Of a stretch of 64,000 nucleotides of DNA, positions 20,495 through 30,352 are shown piece by piece. The DNA lies in assembly GCA_963701095.1 (NCBI GenBank), contig OY969564.1, positions 1,440,001-1,504,000 on the forward strand, written 5' to 3'. Below the pieces are notes generated by a model. It saw nothing but the letters and a program-made list of their open reading frames with translations, searched no databases and was not told the DNA's origin. Numbering within the stretch: position 1 is the stretch's first letter; the number at the start of each line of letters is the position of its first letter. The stretch is from an uncultured Methanoregulaceae archaeon (lineage in GTDB: Archaea; Halobacteriota; Methanomicrobia; Methanomicrobiales; Methanospirillaceae). Made by a program: the position numbers and the translations under genes.

Positions 20495-21119
20495 TTATTT
20501 CTTCAATTTGTCAAATCGTTTGCCGATTTCATCCCAGTTTGCAATATTCCAGAATGCGTCAATAAATTTCGCCCGGTCATTTTTGTAATCAAGATAATAC
20601 GCATGCTCCCACACATCGAGGACCATCAGGATGTCAAAACCGGGAAAAACATTTACATTATGTTTTTCGATTTGCATAATAAGCGGTCTTCCGGTTTTTC
20701 TGCAAATCGTCAGTGCAGCCCATCCCGAACCCTCAACACTGGAAGCAGCCGTGGTAAATTCCTTTTTGAAGCGGTCAAATTTTCCAAATTCAGCATTAAT
20801 CGCATCTGCCAAATCCCCCTTAGGAGCACCGCCGCCTCCTTTTCCTGCGGGAGCGAGATTCTCCCAGAAAAGGTTGTGGAGTTTGAACCCGCCGATATGG
20901 AACGACAGACTCTTTGAGGGTTGCCTTAACGTCAAAATCACTATTCTCTTTCCGCGTTTTGTCGAACTTCTCGTAGATAGCATTTGCACCGTTGACATAC
21001 GCCTGGTGATGTTTCTGGTGGTGCAAGGTTAGTTGTTCTTCAGAAATGTAGGGTTTCAAAGCTGCATAAGCGTAGGGAAGCTTAGGCAATGCATAGAATT
21101 TTGCTGATTCCGGTTCCAT
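20495..21119 (-). CDS. sod: Fe/Mn superoxide dismutase; one frameshift at ~20909
   Basis: [27 protein letters not shown] in one frame; LHNLFW, GSGW and [11 protein letters not shown] in the next. Confidence 0.93.
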
Positions 21120-21189
21120 TTTCTTAACCTCTCGCATAAAAGGACCAATCGAAAGAAAAGTCCTGTCTAAGTTCGGTGTTTACCATGAA

Positions 21190-21240
21190 ATTTTAAAGGG
21201 ATTTCCCTCAGAAACAGTTTTTGAAACATAAACTGAAATG
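21190..21240 (-). promoter_or_regulatory. direct-repeat site with TATA box upstream of sod
   Basis: Minus strand reads CATTTCAGT-tta-TGTTTCAAA (box at 21228-21220), 22 nt, then TTTAAAAT. Confidence 0.65.
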
Positions 21241-21294
21241 ACTGCCCGACAGGAAAACAGGTGGTAGAAGAGAGTATGTGATTTTATAAGATCA

Positions 21295-22071
21295 TCACTT
21301 CAGGAGCTGATCCATTTTCTTCTTGTCAAACCCGAAAATAAAAGTCTCCCCTACCTGGACTACTGGTGATCCGATATGACCGGTTTTTTCGATTACGAGG
21401 TTTCTTGCTGCTTCATCCTCAGCCAGATTAATCTCATCGAATTTCACTTTCTTTGAGGTAAGGTACTCTTTGACCGCACGACACCCGGTACACCCCGGTG
21501 TTGAGTAGACCCGCACAACATCAGACGCAGCCCACGTTTTCTTAATAAAATTATCACGACCTGAAAGGACTTTATACTCCTTATACCGGCCTGGATTTTT
21601 CCTGTCATAATCCTGGTGATATTCTTCTGCCGGGAAAAAATTTGTGTAAGGCCGGATTTCTGTTGTGATAGGTTTTGTAAATTTTCCTGAATTTTCAATT
21701 TTCTTTTTTGACGCTTCTGCAAGATTCTTTTGTTCCTCGTCGCGATAGAATATGACCGTTCTGTACTGTGATCCTTTATCTGCGAACTGCCCTATAGGAT
21801 CGGTCGGGTCTATCTGTTTCCAGAAAATGTCAAGCAAGGCATCATAAGAAATCTTTTCCTCGTTGTACGTCACCTGGACAGCTTCGAAATGACCTGTTGT
21901 ACCCGTAGAAACTTCCTCGTACGTGGGATTTTCTTTTTTCCCGCCAGCATAACCGGAGACAACACTGATCACACCTTCAGCATTCCGGAACGGTGGCTGC
22001 ATGCACCAGAAGCAACCTCCGGCAAACGTCGCAGTTTTTCTCTTTTCTCCTGTTTCCAGTTTTTCATCCAT
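21295..22071 (-). CDS. msrA: peptide-methionine (S)-S-oxide reductase MsrA fused to a C-terminal glutaredoxin/NrdH domain
   Basis: FAGGCFWC, AEEYHQDY; then VYSTPGCTGC...G.PVV..G...I.GFD. Confidence 0.92.
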   Translation of the reverse strand: MDEKLETGEKRKTATFAGGCFWCMQPPFRNAEGVISVVSGYAGGKKENPTYEEVSTGTTGHFEAVQVTYNEEKISYDALLDIFWKQIDPTDPIGQFADKGSQYRTVIFYRDEEQKNLAEASKKKIENSGKFTKPITTEIRPYTNFFPAEEYHQDYDRKNPGRYKEYKVLSGRDNFIKKTWAASDVVRVYSTPGCTGCRAVKEYLTSKKVKFDEINLAEDEAARNLVIEKTGHIGSPVVQVGETFIFGFDKKKMDQLLK

Positions 22072-22100
22072 AGGACCATCTCTTTAGTTACAATGTTCAA

Positions 22101-23201
22101 TCATCCAAAAGTAAACGTGTACGCCCGAAGACCCGGCTCAGGGACATCCAACTCCAGAGTGTGCGTACCATAATCACTACCCTGAACAAGCGAATACAAT
22201 TGGTCGGCTTGGACGGTCACGACACTATTTCTGACATCAGCACCAGCGTTATCCGTTATCGGTTTTCCATCCACCATTACATGCACATCCGTCGCATCGT
22301 CAGCACTGGCAACGAGATAGACGTTTTTTGCATTATATTGGTACACAATACTCGCATTTCCGGTATTTTCGGCATACTGGTCAGCAAAATTCCAGGTCCC
22401 TGACAGGTACAATTCGTCAGGCTGAATCTCGGCTGGCAATACGAGAGTCTGGAGCCCGGATACGGAAGGCTTTCCATTTGCCAGGTACTGGTTCCGTGCA
22501 GAACCGAAGTAAGTTTCAGGGCTCCCGATACCTGAATAATTTATTGTCACTGCATTTCCCGGGACTCCATTAGTATTCGGTATGCTGATATTGAGACCCA
22601 GCGCTTCTGATCGTTCTACTAAAAGCTTCTGTATCTCTTGCTCAGTTTCATTGTAATCGCCTTCTCCGATATGGTGATACTCGATAAATCCGTCGATATC
22701 GATAAGATAGTCCTCAGGCCAGTACTGGTTCCCGTAGGAGTCCCAGCTAGCGTAGTTGTTATCCAGGACAACAGGGTACTGGATACCGAATTTCTGAACT
22801 GCCGTTCTGACATTGTTGATATCATGCTCAAACTGGAATTCCGGCGTATGGACTCCGATGATTTCAAGACCATCATTATGATATTTCTGGTACCAGAGAT
22901 TCAGGTACGGGATAGTGCGTTCACAATTGATGCAGCTATATGTCCAGAAATCAACAAGGATGACCTCTTTACCTATCAGGCTCCCGATAGTAATGTTATC
23001 AACGTTGATAAAACCCGAAGGCTCAGCGATCTCTTTTGCATAGGGGTAAATCTTTGCCTTTTCTGCGTTGATAGCTGTCCTGTTCCCCGGTGTTACTGCA
23101 GTACCAGCGTACGTCCGGTTTGGGCTCAAAGAAGACAGGGCCACAATTGCCAATGCAATAAGGATTATAGCTCCAATGAGTGCGAGTGTATTTTTTTCCA
23201 T
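22101..23201 (-). CDS. membrane-anchored thioredoxin-like protein (DipZ C-terminal type)
   Basis: N-terminal hydrophobic anchor, DFWTYSCINC, GVHTPEF, C-terminal AYTFTFG. Confidence 0.88.
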   Translation of the reverse strand: MEKNTLALIGAIILIALAIVALSSLSPNRTYAGTAVTPGNRTAINAEKAKIYPYAKEIAEPSGFINVDNITIGSLIGKEVILVDFWTYSCINCERTIPYLNLWYQKYHNDGLEIIGVHTPEFQFEHDINNVRTAVQKFGIQYPVVLDNNYASWDSYGNQYWPEDYLIDIDGFIEYHHIGEGDYNETEQEIQKLLVERSEALGLNISIPNTNGVPGNAVTINYSGIGSPETYFGSARNQYLANGKPSVSGLQTLVLPAEIQPDELYLSGTWNFADQYAENTGNASIVYQYNAKNVYLVASADDATDVHVMVDGKPITDNAGADVRNSVVTVQADQLYSLVQGSDYGTHTLELDVPEPGLRAYTFTFG

Positions 23202-23204
23202 ATC

Positions 23205-23924
23205 TTATCCGCTCCCGAGAAGATACCCGTTGAGCTCCGGCAGGTTCGCGATGATGGAGAGTGTCTGCGTGAAAATCAAAATACCAATGATGATGAGGAG
23301 AATTCCAAAGACAATATTGACGTAATGGAGCACTCCCGAGTATTTTTTGATCCAGCCAACAGCCTGCGAGGCAAACAGGCCGGTGATAATGAATGGCACA
23401 CCAAGACCCGCAGAGTATGCAAGAAGGAGCGTGAATGCAAGTGACGGTTGATTTGCAGCAAGACCAAGAATCGCCCCCAGTGCCGCCCCCACGCAGGGCG
23501 TCCAACCGGCGGCAAATGCAACCCCGAAAATAAACGATGTAAGATATTTCGATTTTATCCCGGTTACACTGAACTTATGTTCCTGTTCCAGCCAGCTTAT
23601 CCGGATAAGGCCTATGAGGTAAAGGCCAAAAAAGATAATAATCAAGCCTCCGGCCCTTGACAACCAGAGCTGCGCGCCATTCGAAACCGACATAAGAACG
23701 GTATTCAGGAGCACCCCAAGCAGGGAGAACACCAGCGAAAAGCCGGCAACAAAAAGGATACTTGCAAGGACTATATCCCAACGTTTTCCGGATCCTTCTT
23801 TGGCAGAAGTGCCTGCAAGATAGATCAAAAATCCGGGAACGAGAGGGAGAACACAGGGGGCAAGAAAAGAAACAATACCTGCTCCAAATGCAACAATATA
23901 TGATACTTCAACCACGAGCACCAC
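23205..23924 (-). CDS. ccdA: CcdA/DsbD-family thiol-disulfide transporter
   Basis: SFLAPCVLPLVP and GWTPCVG; about six hydrophobic segments. Confidence 0.92.
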   Translation of the reverse strand: MVLVVEVSYIVAFGAGIVSFLAPCVLPLVPGFLIYLAGTSAKEGSGKRWDIVLASILFVAGFSLVFSLLGVLLNTVLMSVSNGAQLWLSRAGGLIIIFFGLYLIGLIRISWLEQEHKFSVTGIKSKYLTSFIFGVAFAAGWTPCVGAALGAILGLAANQPSLAFTLLLAYSAGLGVPFIITGLFASQAVGWIKKYSGVLHYVNIVFGILLIIIGILIFTQTLSIIANLPELNGYLLGSG

Positions 23925-24027
23925 CCAACGTTAACAGAGAGTTCTCCTCAAGTGCGGTTCATAGCGGATTTCCACGGATTCCTCTCAATGATGCATGTGA
24001 TTCCCAAGGTGTGTAGAAATAAGGCGA

Positions 24028-24183
24028 TTAGGTCGACCTATTCGGGGACATCACCCACGAACAATCTGCTTCATCCCCGGAAGACCTGCCATTCCGGATC
24101 TCTCCGGCAATAACTTCAAGGAGCATCGCAACATCATCGTTACGATCTTCATTTTTAATCGTGATTTTTATTTCCTGGGTCAT
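24028..24183 (-). CDS. small hypothetical protein (51 aa)
   Basis: ATG at 24183 with AGGAGG SD just after the cheW-like stop. Confidence 0.6.
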   Translation of the reverse strand: MTQEIKITIKNEDRNDDVAMLLEVIAGEIRNGRSSGDEADCSWVMSPNRST

Positions 24184-24208
24184 GTTTGTTAACACATCCC
24201 TCCTGACG

Positions 24209-24796
24209 TTATAATTCTGCCATGCTCCCGGCTTCCGGCTCAGCGTCTGCAAAGAGATTATCGGGACTGCAGTTGTTCACCAGGTTCCGTATATTTATCC
24301 AGATAATTGGTTTCCCGGATGCAATGCCCGATCCGGCCTTCTGTATGACCCCGTGTATTGGTGCCGTATTTCCCCCTGATCGTGCAGTATCCGACTTATA
24401 CCGTGAACATTTAACCGTAATTATCGACGAAATTCCGTTTACCAGTATCCCCAGGTTCGAATCTCCCACTTTTTCATCAAGCATCAGGATACCCGTATAC
24501 TTCTCATCGATGTCAAACCCCCACTGCAATCTGAGACACCGGTTCAGATTAACCACGATTACGTTTCTCCGGTTTCTCCGGATAATCCCCTTGACTATGG
24601 AAGGTTTCGTGTTGTCCTGGTGTCTCAGGTATGCCTCCCTGACAACATCCCTTGTTTCCGTAAGATCTACAGCAAAATGTTTTCCTTGAATAACAAAAAC
24701 GAGCAGCTGCAAGGTTTTTTCTGACGATTCATTAACACCATCAAAGGGAAAAACTCCAAGATGTGCAGATTTTTTTTCACAGGTAACAAGGTCCAT
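24209..24796 (-). CDS. orphan, divergent CheW-like protein
   Basis: QLLVFVIQGKHFAVDL..TRDVV...VKGII...VIVVNL...LGILV..I pattern; GAGGAG SD. Confidence 0.75.
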   Translation of the reverse strand: MDLVTCEKKSAHLGVFPFDGVNESSEKTLQLLVFVIQGKHFAVDLTETRDVVREAYLRHQDNTKPSIVKGIIRRNRRNVIVVNLNRCLRLQWGFDIDEKYTGILMLDEKVGDSNLGILVNGISSIITVKCSRYKSDTARSGGNTAPIHGVIQKAGSGIASGKPIIWINIRNLVNNCSPDNLFADAEPEAGSMAEL

Positions 24797-24923
24797 ACGT
24801 TTACTCCTCGGATATCAGTTACGGTGCCACAAAATCTTCCCTTTGACGTAAGGAGCCCGGGGGATTCTTTCCATGGCAGGATTCGTCTCTTCACCAGTCG
24901 AGATGGAGATATTTCAAAAGGGA

Positions 24924-24974
24924 TTTTTAAAGACCCTTTCCTGAAAATCAGAATTTGAAACACATTTTGAAACG
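24924..24974 (-). promoter_or_regulatory. direct-repeat site with BRE/TATA upstream of the cheW-like gene
   Basis: Minus strand reads CGTTTCAAA-atg-TGTTTCAAA, 22 nt containing GGAAAG, then TTTAAAAA. Confidence 0.7.
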
Positions 24975-25065
24975 AATGGATCCAAGAATAGAATCCAATT
25001 ATATTTTAAAAAATAATTTCCTCTATCATAACTTTTATAGTTCATGAAAGATTTACAAGGGGAGT

Positions 25066-25479
25066 ATGACACTCAAGGAGAAGATACTTGAAGTGATGGG
25101 AGAACCCCATCCCGCTGCAGTGGCGACGCTTGACGGAAAAATGCCTGCAGTGCGTTTCATGGTACTTACCGGCCTTCCTGACATGACTCTTGTCGGTGGT
25201 ACGATGAAAAACTCAAAAAAAGTCGAGCAGCTGACAAAAAACCCGGATGCGGCAATCTCGATATGGTCGGGAAAAGAATTCTCTGACCCTTATGTAGAGA
25301 TCAAAGCGAAAGGAAAGGTTCACGACGATATTTTAACAAAAAAGAAATACTGGAACCCGATGTTTGCCAAGTTCTTCAAAACGGCTGAGAACCCGGATTT
25401 CGTTGTTCTCGTGTTTACTGCATCCGAAATCACCTACCATGGCGCGAATATGTCGAGCGTGGAAGTCTGGAAGAGATAG
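25066..25479 (+). CDS. pyridoxamine 5'-phosphate oxidase-like / general stress protein 26 family
   Basis: ATLDGKMPAVRFM...SKKVEQL..NP...W.P.F..F....P.FVVL.F. Confidence 0.85.
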   Translation: MTLKEKILEVMGEPHPAAVATLDGKMPAVRFMVLTGLPDMTLVGGTMKNSKKVEQLTKNPDAAISIWSGKEFSDPYVEIKAKGKVHDDILTKKKYWNPMFAKFFKTAENPDFVVLVFTASEITYHGANMSSVEVWKR

Positions 25480-25561
25480 TCCATATTTCAGAGACCCCCG
25501 ACAAAGGTTATTCGAGATCAGGAACATCCAAGAAGAAATTATAGATATGTTGTGATGCACT

Positions 25562-25986
25562 GTGCCAGAAAAGAAAAAAATCCTTTTTATCTGTATGCAT
25601 AATGCTGCCCGATCCCAGATTGCAGAAGGATACATGCGATCAAAATACGGGGATCGCTACGAAGTATTCAGCGGAGGAATCGAGGCTACCAGGGTTCATC
25701 CCATGGCTATTGAAGTCATGAAAGAGATTGGGATCGATATCTCCGGACAAAAGTCAAAACTGGTCGACGACTTTTTCGGAAAAAGTATCGATATTGTAGT
25801 TACAGTATGCGATGCAGCAAACAAAGTCTGCCCTTTCTTCCCGGGGCGCTGGACGTAATTAACGAGAATTTCCCGGAGCCTTCGAAGTTTACCGGATCTG
25901 AAGAAGATATACGCGCATCGTTCCGGCACCTGAGAGACCAGATTATCAATTGGATTGATCTCACGTTCAAAAAAGATCCGGATTAG
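25562..25986 (+). CDS. arsC: arsenate reductase ArsC (LMW-PTP fold); one frameshift in the G-run at ~25845
   Basis: LFICMHNAARSQIAEG, VTVCD...CPFFPG; the shifted frame continues FPEPS...FRHLRDQI to TAG at 25986. Confidence 0.88.
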
Positions 25987-26263
25987 CTTTTTAATCAAAC
26001 CATCAGGGTGAAAACAGATCCGGAATAAAAAAATTGAATTTTCAATTTTAACAAAGATCAGCCTCCGAAAAAAAATCGGAGAATCCCTTAAGACAATAAA
26101 ATAAATGGACTTCGTATAAAGGGATCAAAATCAGGACGATCTTCTATTCACCTGACGATTGATGAAATCATTTTTGTTCTGAGGGTGGTTTAGGTACTGG
26201 AACATATATAATAATGCTTTTTATACCAGCACGAAGTATAGCTAAAATAAGTGAGGGCTTGAA

Positions 26264-27583
26264 ATGAAAAAAATCATGATATCTCAGGTCAGGTGCGGGG
26301 CGGCCAATCCATATGCATTACTAGCATCACGCACAGGAAAGAAAATTTCCCGTAATTTGACACCGGGTCAGATAAGGCAAAAATTCGAAGATGAATTTAA
26401 TCTCCCTTATGAACATTTGTTTGACCCGGTGCATGGTTCTCCCCTGTTTGCCTGTAACGAACAAGCAACATCCGCGAGTTCTATTAACAATATTGAGACT
26501 GGGGAGACAGCCTCCCGTGGCGTGGCAGCGCCAGTCGGCTGGGCACCCTTCAAAGGATCATTTTTACCAGCATCTCCACCCTACATCAATGATGTAAACC
26601 AAGGGTGCTCAATTAATTGCTGGTTCATCGCCGCACTTGCATCCGTTGCTTGGATATGGCCAGATTTCATAAGAAATTTCTATCCGAGCACCAATGCCAA
26701 TACCTATCTCAAATTCTATAAAGCTTATCCTGCTGGCTCGCCACCATATATGCCTACAGGAGGTTTATGGACCTATACTCCCACGGCTAGTTATTATAAG
26801 AGCAGTTATTCACTTCCCTATGGTGCAGCTGGTGTTGGTAATTATCTGTACGCTAGTCCGAACCCTGCATCAGCAACCACATCATTGTGGGCATCACTTA
26901 TGGAGAAAACATATGCGGAGTTTTTCCAGTTATCCGGTTCTGGTAGCGATGAACCAAATATTTCTACATTCAGTACCGGAAATCCCCTGAATTCCCTTAT
27001 CCACCTGACCGGGAAACGGTACTATTGCCTTGCTGATGTACAGAACGCGGCCGCCGCTAACTCTCCCGTCCAGCTGACAGAGACTGCGTATTATATGACG
27101 GAATTTAATTCTGCAAATTCGGTTTTTAACACGATTTATAACCAATGCTATGTGCCGACCGCTGGTGCTAATCCCGCCATAATTGCGACCCCGATGGTTG
27201 CATGGACCTACCTCACAGCGCCCACCGGTGTAACATACAGTAATGAAACCATCGTTGCCAACCATTGTTACTCAATTCTTGGGGTCCACAACATAAGTGG
27301 TACAAATTATATCGTGCTGAGAAACCCGTGGGGCATGTCGTTGATTGGGGGGTACGGTCAGGATCCGGACATAACCGATGGCACAGTTATCTCTTCATAT
27401 TCAGGAACATCAGCCGCAAATGCGACATGGACCGTAAGTCTGCCCCCAATAGGTTCTAACAATAACTCAACCCAAGGCACCGCTACATCCCTGACTGTCA
27501 ATCTTGCCGCTCAGGACGGGATCTTTGCCATTACCCCGGCAGCCTTCCTAGAGAATTTCGCGGGATTTGGTTGGGCATATTAA
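26264..27583 (+). CDS. calpain-like (C2 family) cysteine protease
   Basis: DVNQG..INCWFIAALAS, LW.SLMEK.YA, NHCYSILG, LRNPWG (Cys/His/Asn triad). Confidence 0.88.
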   Translation: MKKIMISQVRCGAANPYALLASRTGKKISRNLTPGQIRQKFEDEFNLPYEHLFDPVHGSPLFACNEQATSASSINNIETGETASRGVAAPVGWAPFKGSFLPASPPYINDVNQGCSINCWFIAALASVAWIWPDFIRNFYPSTNANTYLKFYKAYPAGSPPYMPTGGLWTYTPTASYYKSSYSLPYGAAGVGNYLYASPNPASATTSLWASLMEKTYAEFFQLSGSGSDEPNISTFSTGNPLNSLIHLTGKRYYCLADVQNAAAANSPVQLTETAYYMTEFNSANSVFNTIYNQCYVPTAGANPAIIATPMVAWTYLTAPTGVTYSNETIVANHCYSILGVHNISGTNYIVLRNPWGMSLIGGYGQDPDITDGTVISSYSGTSAANATWTVSLPPIGSNNNSTQGTATSLTVNLAAQDGIFAITPAAFLENFAGFGWAY

Positions 27584-27659
27584 AAGATCTCATGACAAAA
27601 GGGAGAGCACGTAATTGAAGAAAATCGTGAAATCTGAACATAACAGGAATTGATCGCCT

Positions 27660-30307
27660 ATGAAACGACAGTACTTCCATCATGTGCTGCGAGTTCTTGG
27701 TTTCCTCTTTTTCATTTCTTTATTTCTGGTGATGATATGTGCTGCCAACCCTTATGGTATTGAAACCATTATCACAAACGGTCCAATGTCTCAGCAGCAT
27801 CATCCAGCCGTCAATGGGACGAGGATTGTGTGGGATGACCAGACCAACCCCCTTGGCCACATCTTTATATACGACATTGCGACGGGGAATATTACCCGGA
27901 TTGTGAACAATCCTGCTGCTCAGTATTATCCTTCGATATCAGGTAACCTTACTGTATGGCAGGATGCACGAAACGGTGGCTGGGATATTTATATGTATAA
28001 TCTCACCGATCAGACAGAACATGAAATTACATCTTCACATTCTGCCCAGCACCCTGCTATTTCAGGAGATAAGATCGTATGGCAGGATGGGCGGAGTGGT
28101 CATTGGAATATTTATATGTACAACATTACCGAAGCGAAAGAATATTTGATCACTCCTGAAGCCGTTACCTATGATACGATGCTACCGGCAATTTCCGGTA
28201 ACCTCATTGTCTGGGGGGATTACCGGTATGATCCGACAGATACCAAACCGGTCGTTTTTATGAACGATACGAGTACTTGGACGACATCCCAGATTTCATC
28301 AGATACCACAGGTTCCTATTTCCAAGGCGTTCCATCGATTTCCAGTAACAAAATCGTGTGGGTTGATGATTTCCCCAATTTTCCGAATTCCACGATCATG
28401 TTGAGCCAGATCAGCGGGGGGAGCAGCAGATCTCAGACGGGAATTCCGGGCCATTCTCTGATGGCCAGATGGCTCCCTCAATTGACGGGAACCGGGTAGT
28501 GTGGGTAGATTTCGAAGGTGATCCGACTAACGGGATGATCTATATGAATGAAACAGATAACCCTTCTTTTTATCAGATCCCTATAGCCTCCAGTTTATAT
28601 GGAGAGCCTCTCTTAAATCCAAAAATTTCCGGTAACCGGATCGTCTGGGAAGAGGCCAATTCCCAAGGTCTGTCAAACATCCATCTTTTCACAATCGGTG
28701 CATCAGGCACCTGTCCTATTGTAACCTTTACAAAAAGTGCCACGAGCGGCGGTGCACCGCTTAGCGTCTCCTTTACCGATACAACAACTCCCGAATATTC
28801 TCCTGCACATTGGTTCTGGAATTTCGGCGATGGAATCGGTTCCTATGAGCAGAATCCCGTACACCAGTTCATGGCAAACGGGCAGTACCTTGTCAACCTG
28901 ACTGTAAGCGATGCCTACTGCAGGAACCTATCAACAAGCCAGACCATCACGGTGGGATCACCGGTCGCACAATTCACCGGAACGCCTTTATCCGGTCTGG
29001 TACCAGTCAATGTGCAGTTTAACGATACATCAACCGGGACCTCAATTAATATATGGAACTGGTCATTCGGAGACAATACATGGTATAACACCACCCTTCC
29101 CAGCCAGAAGAACCCCGCCCATCAGTACAGCCAGCCCGGCACCTATTCAGTCCAGCTCTTCGTGACAAATCCATACGGGACCGGTAATTTAACACGGAAC
29201 GGGTATATCACCGTTCTCCCGGGGGTGCAGGCCCTTGCAACAACCCCCATCAATGGAATCGGTGTAGATAACCGGTACGGCGGACAGTATCTTACCTATA
29301 ACATCACTCTTGCCGGGAACCCGACATTAAATCCAGCGCATTCTATTCTCGTATCGTTCCCCCCTGGGGCAAACGGCTGGCAGAATGTCACATTCGTTGC
29401 ATCAGATGCGATGGGATTTTCTGACACCGGGGGGAATTACACTGGCAATATTTCCCGGGTATACATCCAGACAGAAAATATTGCAGCAACGGGATTTTCA
29501 TCCGCACTTGGCAATCCGGTGTTTGTAAGTTACCTGATGGACCTTCCGGGTTATCCGGATCCGGCAAGTCTCAACACCGAGGTCTGGGAGAGCGCTCTTG
29601 CACAGGATAACACCAGTTTATCAAGCATTGCTCTTAAGAGCGGTTTTACACTTGTCGATTCCGTAGCCTACACAGCGAACTTTACCAAGACAAATATTGG
29701 AAATGCCGGCAATGTCACCATAAACATGAGTGTGACTCCTTCTTGGGTTGCCGGGGCTGGTACAACCGACATCACCGCGATCGGGATAAATCCCTCCACG
29801 GGAATTAGAGTGGGCACTATTCTCCCTACCCGTTATGCAGGTACAGATGGAACCCTTGATTATTTTACTGCAGATATTCCTTCACAATATGCATATTTCT
29901 CCAAATTTATCCTCGCAAAATACAGCGGTTCAGGTAACCTTTTCCAAATCATCACATTAGTAGTGAGTAACGAAATACAGAGTCCGGCGAATACAAGATA
30001 CGCAGGCAGCGGCAGCTGGAGTGGGTCGGGTAATAGTCCACCCACGTATTCTCCCACCGCAGTTCAGACAAATGTCATGCCACAGGTAACTGTATCCTCT
30101 CAGCAAACGGCGCCGAACCCCGTTATTACTTTCAACCCAATACCGGCACCCCCGGCACCGACGGCGCTGAGCACGGACGTAGGAATTATTGGCTGGCTCA
30201 CTGAAACCTTCGGCGGACACATATACCTTGTTGGAGCAGGAGGGATTGCTGTCATGTCGTTGATTTATATACGAAGGCGAAGACGCCGGTTTGACCCCCT
30301 GGGATGA
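27660..30307 (+). CDS. cell-surface protein: beta-propeller repeats + PKD domains + C-terminal TM anchor; one frameshift in the G-run at ~28420
   Basis: Signal peptide; repeated P.ISG..IVW.D.R.G.W.IY; PKD motifs W.WNFGDG...NP.H; TM followed by RRRRRRFDPLG. Confidence 0.88.
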
Positions 30308-30352
30308 ATGAACATGAGGATCCCTTTTCAGGGGTCCCGGATAGGCAGCAAA

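Noticed and set aside
25002..25040. Degenerate motif copies before the pyridoxamine-oxidase-like gene (TATTTTAAA, 22 nt, TTTTATAG), the lipoprotein (~18935) and the MFS gene (~35234)
   Set aside because: The spacing fits, but there are two or more mismatches in AT-rich DNA; too weak to count without a position weight matrix scan.
26030..26049. Palindrome AAAATTGAA-tt-TTCAATTTT after arsC
   Set aside because: Single low-complexity AT-rich instance; cannot be distinguished from a terminator or chance.
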